IMG/VR virus record: IMGVR_UViG_3300005860_000274
Coordinates: 1 to 7,192 of that record
Strand: one strand, 5' to 3'
DNA: 7,192 nt
Both the position numbers and the translations under genes were made by a program. Positions within the stretch are counted from its first letter, which is position 1. Each line of letters begins with the position of its first letter. A model generated the notes under the pieces. That model searched no databases. It was not told the origin of the DNA and worked only from the letters and a program-made list of their open reading frames with translations. Shown one piece after another: positions 6,865 through 7,192 of this stretch.

Positions 6865-7192
6865 TGCACACAAGCAAGAACAAGAGTCAATAAGTTTCAT
6901 CTTGCACTTAAGCAATTATAAGTTTCGATAAGAAAAGAAATGCACATAAGCAATGAAAAAGTTTAATAATAACCCGTTCGCACATAAGCAAGAGAAATAG
7001 TTCAATAATAAGTATTATGCACACAAGCAAAATGGTGGCTCAATAACCTCATATGTGCACATGAGCAATATTGAATGTCAATAAAAGAGCCTCTGCACAC
7101 CAGCAAAAGAAGGATTTAATAAGATTGACTTTGCACGCTAGCAGGAAGAAAAGTCAATAAAATTTAAAATGCACACCAGCAAGGATCTTATT
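6865..7192 (+). repeat. TIGR-like dual-repeat/dual-spacer guide RNA array, 38-nt period, truncated at the window end
   Basis: Repeat 1 (T/C)GCACNNNAGCA(A/G) starts at 6865, 6903, 6941, 6979, 7018, 7056, 7094, 7132 and 7170. Repeat 2 TCAATAA (variants TCGATAA, TTAATAA) starts at 6887, 6925, 6963, 7002, 7040, 7078, 7116 and 7154. They are separated by unique 9-nt segments (one is 10 nt). Confidence 0.9.

Larger units (their letters stand above)
1..7192. repeat. Window-spanning perfect inverted repeat (two 3596-bp arms, centre between 3596 and 3597)
   Basis: The ends are reverse complements (aataagatcc... / ...ggatcttatt). Every ORF appears twice at mirrored coordinates (x <-> 7193-x) with identical translation. 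The centre reads catcaataata|tattattgatg with no loop. Confidence 0.98.

Noticed and set aside
6865-7192. CRISPR array
   Set aside because: The repeats are two alternating 13- and 7-nt motifs with 9-nt spacers, far from CRISPR repeat/spacer sizes, and there are no cas genes.

Overview
The whole 7192-bp window is one perfect palindrome (1-3596 is the reverse complement of 3597-7192, with no loop), so it holds only 3.6 kb of unique sequence. It is either a fold-back artefact or a hairpin end read through. The unique half is AT-rich and has archaeal BRE/TATA promoters, near-leaderless starts and small membrane-protein genes, which suggests a Sulfolobales-type virus or mobile element (inference). 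Reading outward from the centre it encodes two small membrane proteins, a 215-aa unknown protein, a coiled-coil/TM protein, a 120-aa minimal AEP (primase-polymerase)-like protein and a ~343-aa IS110/Nop-related protein. That last protein lacks the RuvC domain and carries two inserted zinc ribbons. Its stop codon is followed after 2 nt by a 38-nt-period dual-repeat array: TGCACNNNAGCAA - 9-nt spacer - TCAATAA - 9-nt spacer (8 full units plus a ninth cut by the window edge). This gene plus array is best read as a nuclease-less TIGR-Tas (TasA-like) RNA-guided system with unusual features. Some reconstructed spacer-pair targets resemble archaeal promoters.
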